This document shows positions 16,425 through 22,249 of a stretch of DNA of 22,249 nt, piece by piece. Position numbers and translations under genes: made by a program. The DNA is from a virus (taxonomy: Duplodnaviria; Heunggongvirae; Uroviricota; Caudoviricetes): IMG/VR virus record IMGVR_UViG_2585427751_000008, positions 1 through 22,249 of that record, one strand, 5' to 3'. How positions within the stretch are numbered: the first letter of the stretch is position 1; each line of letters starts with the position of its first letter. The notes under the pieces were generated by a model. That model did no database searches. It was not told the origin of the DNA and was given only the letters and a program-made list of their open reading frames with translations.

Positions 16425-16501
16425 TTTGGCGAGACTGGCCCGTATTTTAGTTACCATATAGATTTAATGAAGTTTTAAACGCTTTAAAAGGTTTAGATCA
16501 C

Positions 16502-16669
16502 AGTATCAAAAGTTTTGCCGATTTTAGAATAAACGATTAATTATTGCACAATCGGTATCAAATAGACTTTTCGCGCCCAGATTGAAATCACCTGTTTTAT
16601 TTCAGTATCTTACAGGTGATTTCACCTCCTTTCACTAAAACCCTTGTCGGTATCAAATGATTCACCTGG
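16502..16669. repeat. Terminal repeats of the prophage end (candidate transposase-binding sites)
   Basis: Perfect 12-bp direct repeat TCGGTATCAAAT at 16552-16563 and 16647-16658, with a related AGTATCAAAAG at 16502-16512. Motif TGATT(T)CACCT at 16617-16627 and 16658-16668, with an inverted copy GAAATCACCTG at 16584-16594. Resembles the Mu end-site consensus with its TTCAC core. Confidence 0.5.
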
Positions 16670-16675
16670 TTATAA

Positions 16676-17179
16676 GTGCTGAAGAAATATGGTTACACCG
16701 GTAAAGACGATAAAGTTTATTTGCAATGTTTTGATGCTGATGAGCTGAAGCGTATTAAGAATGAGCTGGAACCCAAAATGGGCATGGAGCTCAATCTGGT
16801 ACAGCTGATTGCCTATACCGACTGGAATGAAACGCAGCAGAAACAGCCGGATGGAAGCTGGGTTAATTACAACTACGACTGGATGTTTAAGCCGGGTGCC
16901 ATGAAACAGGTGGCGGAATATGCAGATGGTATTGGTCCGGATTACCATATGTTGATTGAGGAGACATCGCAGCCGGGTAATATCAAACTCACTGGCATGG
17001 TGCAAGATGCTCAGCAGAATAAACTGGTAGTGCATCCTTATACCGTGCGGTCAGATAAACTGCCTGAATACACTCCTGATGTGAATCAGTTATATGATGC
17101 TCTGTATAACAAAGCGGGTGTAAATGGGCTGTTTACTGATTTCCCTGATAAGGCAGTAAAATTTCTTAATAAAGAGTAA
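16676..17179 (+). pseudogene. glpQ: glpQ 3' fragment (glycerophosphodiester phosphodiesterase, C-terminal ~167 codons) truncated by prophage insertion
   Basis: Translation (V)LKKYGYTGKDDKVYLQCFDADELKRIKNELEPKMGMELNLVQLIAYTDW…FPDKAVKFLNKE matches the C-terminal half of E. coli GlpQ as recalled. An in-frame TAA at 16673-16675 and prophage end repeats lie immediately upstream; there is no signal peptide or N-terminal half. Confidence 0.85.
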
Positions 17180-17186
17180 TGTTACT

Positions 17187-17213
17187 GCAGGATGGCGTTC
17201 ATGCGCCATCCTG
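17187..17213 (+). terminator. Stem-loop downstream of glpQ (probable terminator)
   Basis: Inverted repeat CAGGATGGCG (17188-17197) / CGCCATCCTG (17204-17213) with a 6-nt loop, 8 nt after the glpQ stop. The downstream T-run is weak. Confidence 0.4.
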
Positions 17214-17220
17214 TCTCATA

Positions 17221-17466
17221 TCAAATTTTTCCAATCGCCACTAATTGTTCCATGCACATTTGTAGTAAAAACAGTGGACTGCCTTCTACCGGCTTTTCTT
17301 TAGCCAGCAACGAAATCTGTCGATAGAAAGTTGGTTCGAGAGGAACGGAACACAATTCACCTGCAATGCTTTTCAGCGTTAACTCTGGTTGTAAGGCGAT
17401 GCCTAATCCCTGTCGAATAAAATTTATCGCTGTATCCGCCTGATTAAATTCACATTTTATCTGCTG
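17221..17466 (-). pseudogene. LysR-family regulator C-terminal fragment (yfaH-like pseudogene)
   Basis: Minus-strand translation reads …QQIKCEFNQADTAINFIRQGLGIALQPELTLKSIAGELCSVPLEPTFYRQISLLAKEKPVEGSPLFLLQMCMEQLVAIGKI-stop. This is LysR effector-domain-like, with no start codon or N-terminal HTH. Confidence 0.45.
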
Positions 17467-17641
17467 GGCGCACTATTAGTGGTAGTGGCTGGTGGAATCT
17501 ATGCGCTGCAAATGAAGGGTAAAAGCGGTGTCAAGCTAGTAGTGGCAAAAGAAATTCATTAATACGACACGTTTCATTAAGATTTTCCTCAGGTAACCAC
17601 CTATAGTCATTGTCGTTAATAAAAATGACAGGCGATAGGGT

Positions 17642-18292
17642 ATGGCAGTTTCAGCAAAGTACGACGAATTTAATCACTGGTGGGCAACAGAGGGCGACTG
17701 GGTTGAAGAGCCTAACTATCGCCGTAATGGTATGAGCGGGGTGCAATGCGTCGAGCGCAACGGCAAAAAGCTGTATGTAAAGCGCATGACGCATCATCTG
17801 TTTCATTCCGTACGTTATCCGTTCGGCCGACCAACGATTGTCCGTGAGGTTGCGGTAATTAAAGAACTGGAACGGGCCGGTGTCATCGTGCCGAAGATCG
17901 TTTTTGGTGAAGCGGTGAAAATTGAGGGTGAATGGCGAGCGTTGCTGGTGACTGAAGATATGGCGGGGGTCATCAGCATTGCTGACTGGTATGCCCAGCA
18001 TGCAGTATCGCCTTATTCTGACGAAGTACGGCAAGCCATGTTGAAAGCAGTGGCGCTGGCGTTTAAGAAAATGCATAGCATTAATCGTCAGCATGGCTGT
18101 TGTTATGTTCGCCATATCTATGTGAAAACAGAAGGTAATGCAGAAGCTGGTTTTCTTGACCTGGAGAAGAGTCGTCGCCGCTTGCGTCGCGATAAAGCGA
18201 TTAATCATGACTTCCGCCAGCTGGAAAAATATCTGGAGCCAATCCCCAAAGCGGACTGGGAGCAGGTGAAAGCGTATTACTACGCCATGTAA
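17642..18292 (+). CDS. inaA: InaA (acid-inducible Kdo/WaaP-family kinase-like protein)
   Basis: 216 aa ORF. Translation matches E. coli InaA as recalled; conserved neighbourhood with yfaE, nrdB and nrdA. Confidence 0.85.
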   Translation: MAVSAKYDEFNHWWATEGDWVEEPNYRRNGMSGVQCVERNGKKLYVKRMTHHLFHSVRYPFGRPTIVREVAVIKELERAGVIVPKIVFGEAVKIEGEWRALLVTEDMAGVISIADWYAQHAVSPYSDEVRQAMLKAVALAFKKMHSINRQHGCCYVRHIYVKTEGNAEAGFLDLEKSRRRLRRDKAINHDFRQLEKYLEPIPKADWEQVKAYYYAM

Positions 18293-18295
18293 TCG

Positions 18296-18333
18296 TTGTA
18301 GGCCAGATAAGACGCATAAGCGTTGTATCTGGC
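18296..18333. repeat. REP-like palindromic element between convergent inaA and yfaE
   Basis: GCCAGATA (18302-18309) and TATCTGGC (18326-18333) form an inverted repeat. The sequence resembles a diverged copy of the REP units seen at 19780-19950. Confidence 0.4.
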
Positions 18334-18345
18334 ACTACAACCAAT

Positions 18346-18600
18346 TCACATCTCGATTTCAATATCGCCTTTTGCCCGGCAACAACAGGGCAAAATTTCC
18401 CCCGGCTGAATAAAGGCTAACGGTTCGGCAATCCAGTCAACTTGACCTGCAACCAGGCGTGTGCGACAGGAGCCGCAGTAACCTTCGCGACACTGGTACT
18501 CAACCGCCACATTGTGGGATTCCAGCGCCGCCAGAAGGGAAGGGTGTTCATCCTGGCACAGCAGTTGTGTGCCAGTGATGCGCAGGGTAACGCGGGCCAT
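18346..18600 (-). CDS. yfaE: YfaE 2Fe-2S ferredoxin (ribonucleotide reductase cofactor maintenance)
   Basis: 84 aa with the Cys pattern of plant-type ferredoxins (CREGYCGSC … CCC). Start codon overlaps the nrdB stop by 1 nt. Confidence 0.9.
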   Translation of the reverse strand: MARVTLRITGTQLLCQDEHPSLLAALESHNVAVEYQCREGYCGSCRTRLVAGQVDWIAEPLAFIQPGEILPCCCRAKGDIEIEM

Positions 18601-19730
18601 CAGAGCTGGAAGTTACTCAAATCGTCGGTGTCCACTTCCGAGTCAATCTGCCCGACCAGATAAGAACTGACTTCCACTTCCTGCGGAGCAACCTGCACGT
18701 TATCAGACACCAGCCAAGTGTTGATCCACGGGATCGGGTTGGAGCGCGTCTGGAACGGCAGATCCAAACCGACTGCCTGCATACGGATATTGGTGATGTA
18801 TTCAACGTACTGGCAGAGAATGTCTTTATTCAGACCAATCATCGAACCGTCGCGGAACAGATAATCCGCCCAGTCTTTCTCCTGTTGAGCTGCCTGAACA
18901 AACAGGTCATAGCACTCCTGCTTACACTCTTCGGCAATTTCCGCCATCTCAGGATCGTCCGCGCCGCTGCGCAGCAGATTCAGCATATGCTGGGTGCCGG
19001 TCAGGTGCAGGGCTTCGTCGCGGGCAATCAGGCGAATAATTTTGGCGTTGCCTTCCATCAATTCGCGTTCTGCAAATGCGAAGGAACAAGCAAAGCTGAC
19101 GTAGAAACGAATCGCTTCCAGCGCGTTAACGCTCATCAGGCAGAGATACAGTTTTTTCTTCAGCTCGCGCAGGCTAACGGTCACAGTTTTACCGTTAACG
19201 GTGTGGGTACCTTCGCCCAGCAGATGCCAGTAGCTGGTCATTTCGATCAGCTCATCGTAATAGCTGGAGATCCCTTCCGCACGTTTCTGGATCTGCTCGT
19301 TGGTGACGATATCGTCAAACACAACAGACGGATCGTTAACGATATTACGAATGATATGAGTATAGGAACGGGAATGAATCGTTTCTGAGAACGCCCAGGT
19401 TTCGACCCAGGTTTCCAGTTCCGGAATAGAAATAAGCGGCAATAGCGCCACGTTCGGGCTACGACCCTGAATGGAATCCAGCAGCGTCTGATATTTCAGG
19501 TTGCTGATAAAGATGTGTTTTTCGTGCTCCGGCAGCGCCTGGTAATCTATACGGTCGCGGGAGACGTCAACTTCTTCCGGACGCCAGAAGAAAGAGAGCT
19601 GCTTTTCGATCAGCTTTTCGAAGATGTCATATTTTTGCTGATCGTAGCGAGCCACGTTGACCGGCTGACCAAAGAACATCGGTTCTTTGAGCTGATCATT
19701 TTTCGTCTGTGAAAAGGTGGTATATGCCAT
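18600..19730 (-). CDS. nrdB: Ribonucleoside-diphosphate reductase 1, beta subunit
   Basis: 376 aa from ATG at 19728-19730 ([22 protein letters not shown]…). The first 77 residues of the longer track ORF run through REP repeats and are not part of the gene. Confidence 0.95.
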
Positions 19731-19744
19731 GAGTGTGTCCTGTT

Positions 19745-19960
<216 letters not shown>

Positions 19961-19963
19961 ATA

Positions 19964-22249
19964 TCAGATCTTACATGCGCCGCTTTCGCAGCCATCGTCC
20001 TGGATTGACGGCACCAGATCGTCTTGTGCGTCTTCAGCGCCGTCACGGGTGTTCTGATAATACAGTGTTTTGACCCCGAATTTGTAGGCGGTGAGCAGGT
20101 CTTTCAGCAACTGCTGCATCGGCACTTTTCCTGACGGGAAGCGTGACGGATCGTAGTTGGTGTTGGCAGAGATCGACTGATCGATAAATTTCTGCATGAT
20201 ACCCACCAGTTGCAGATAACCATCGTTACCCGGCATTTCCCACAGCAGCTCATAGGCGTCGTGCAGGTGCTCGTAGTCCGGCACCACCTGGCGCAAAATA
20301 CCGTCTTTCGACGCTTTGATGCTGACGTAACCGCGCGGCGGTTCAATACCGTTAGTGGCGTTAGAGATCTGCGAAGAAGTCTCGGACGGCATCAGAGCAG
20401 AAAGCGTGGAGTTACGCAGACCGTGCGTTTTGATTGACTCACGCAGAGCTTTCCAGTCGTAATGCAGCGGCTCATTAGCGATGGTATCCAGATCTTTCTT
20501 ATAGGTATCGATCGGCAGGATCCCTTTCGCGTAAGTGGTTTCGTTAAACCACGGGCACGCGCCTTGCTCTTTCGCCAGCTCATTAGAGGCTTTCAGCAGG
20601 TAATACTGAATGGCTTCGAAGGTTTTATGCGTCAGGTTGTTGGCGCTGCCGTCGGAGTAGCGTTTACCGTGCTTCGCCAGGTAGTAAGCGAAGTTGATCA
20701 CACCAATACCCAGCGTACGACGACCCATCGCTCCACGTTTGGCGGCCGGGATCGGGTAATCCTGATAATCCAGCAGCGCGTCAAGTGCACGAACCGCCAG
20801 AATTGCCAGCTCTTCCAGTTCATCCAGGTTATTAATTGCGCCCAGGTTGAAAGCAGACAGCGTACACAGCGCGATTTCACCGTTCTCGTCGTTGACGTCG
20901 TTCAGCGGTTTGGTCGGCAGGGCTATCTCCAGGCACAGGTTAGACTGACGCACTGGCGCGATGGCCGGATCAAACGGGCTATGGGTATTGCAGTGGTCAA
21001 CGTTCTGAATATAGATACGACCGGTAGACGCACGTTCCTGCATCATCAGCGAGAACAGCTCAACGGCTTTCACACGCTGCTTGCGGATGCTGTCGTCTTT
21101 CTCATATTTGGTATACAGACGTTCAAACTCTTCCTGATCGGCGAAGAACGCGTCGTACAGCCCCGGTACGTCGGACGGGCTGAACAGGGTGATATCTTCA
21201 CCTTTCAGCAGACGGGTATACATCAGTTTGTTGATTTGTACCCCGTAGTCCATATGACGCACGCGGTTGCCTTCCACACCACGGTTGTTTTTCAACACCA
21301 GCAGGCTTTCCACTTCCAGATGCCACATCGGGTAGAACAGCGTTGCCGCACCGCCGCGCACACCGCCCTGAGAGCAGGATTTCACCGCTGTCTGGAAATG
21401 TTTGTAGAACGGAATGCAGCCGGTATGGAACGCTTCACCACCGCGAATCGGGCTACCCAGCGCACGAATACGCCCGGCGTTGATGCCGATCCCGGCACGC
21501 TGGGAAACGTATTTAACAATCGCGCTGGAGGTGGCGTTGATGGAATCCAGGCTGTCACCGCACTCGATCAGTACGCAGGAGCTGAACTGACGAGTCGGGG
21601 TACGCACGCCGGACATGATTGGCGTCGGCAGCGAAATTTTAAATGTGGAAACCGCGTCGTAAAAACGCTTCACATATTGCAGGCGCGTTTCACGCGGGTA
21701 GTTCGAGAACAAGCACGCGGCAACTAGAATATAAAGGAACTGGGCGCTCTCATAGATTTCGCCGGTCACGCGGTTCTGTACCAGATATTTGCCTTCCAGC
21801 TGCTTAACGGCAGCATAAGAGAAGGTCATATCACGGTCGTGATCGATAAAGGTGTCCATCTGCTTGAACTCTTCTTCCGTGTAGTCTTCCAGCAGATGAT
21901 TATCGTATTTGCCCATCTCGACCATTTTCACCACGTGGTCGTACAGCGCAGGCGGCTCAAACTGGCCGTAGGCTTTTTTACGCAGGTGGAAGATCGCCAG
22001 GCGCGCGGCGAGATACTGATAATCCGGCGCATCACGGGAGATCAGGTCTGCGGCAGCCTTGATAATGGTTTCGTGGATGTCAGAGGTCTTGATACCGTCA
22101 TAAAACTGAATGTGGGAGCGCAGCTCGACCTGGGAAATCGAAACGTTATGCAGTCCTTCTGCCGCCCAATCCAGAACGCGATGGATTTTGTCGAGATTGA
22201 TGCGCTCTGTGCTACCGTCGCGCTTTGTCACCAGCAGATTCTGATTCAT
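19964..22249 (-). CDS. nrdA: Ribonucleoside-diphosphate reductase 1, alpha subunit
   Basis: Complete 761 aa ORF whose start codon is the last three bases of the window. Translation matches E. coli NrdA ([33 protein letters not shown]… with C-terminal CESGACKI). Confidence 0.95.

Larger units (their letters stand above)
1..16672 (-). mobile_element. Mu-like transposable prophage, repressor/transposase end plus early, lysis and baseplate genes; continues beyond window start
   Basis: Collinear minus-strand genes matching Mu order: c-type repressor (divergent), Ner-like, DDE transposase A, AAA+ ATPase B, Gam, GemA-like, Mor/C-like, SAR endolysin with spanins, then gp44-gp47-like baseplate genes. 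Ends inside a host gene (glpQ) that resumes at 16676. Right boundary is approximate. Confidence 0.85.

Noticed and set aside
20462-21727. 421 aa plus-strand ORF
   Set aside because: Antisense to nrdA, whose identity on the minus strand is unambiguous. The translation is low-complexity and Arg/Val/Gln-rich, typical of a GC-rich antisense frame.

Overview
The window holds the left-hand ~16.7 kb of a Mu-like transposable prophage (positions 1 to ~16670, genes on the minus strand) inserted into the host gene glpQ, followed by ordinary E. coli-type chromosome (glpQ 3' fragment, LysR-fragment pseudogene, inaA, yfaE, nrdB, nrdA with REP elements). The prophage reads, from its end inward: c-type repressor, ner, transposase A, ATPase B, a long early operon including gam, a GemA-like gene, one Mor/C-type activator, a lysis cassette, then directly a Mu gp44-gp47-like baseplate cluster. 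Two things stand out. First, there is no room for terminase, portal, capsid, sheath, tube or tape-measure genes between the lysis cassette and the baseplate genes, and the two ORFs at that junction look like gene remnants or fusions, so the element is probably an internally deleted, defective prophage. Second, an AT-rich four-gene cassette (7727-8759) encoding two small membrane proteins sits inside the early operon and is the best candidate for an undescribed accessory system. All protein family assignments are from reading the translations and from recalled family signatures; no database search was run.
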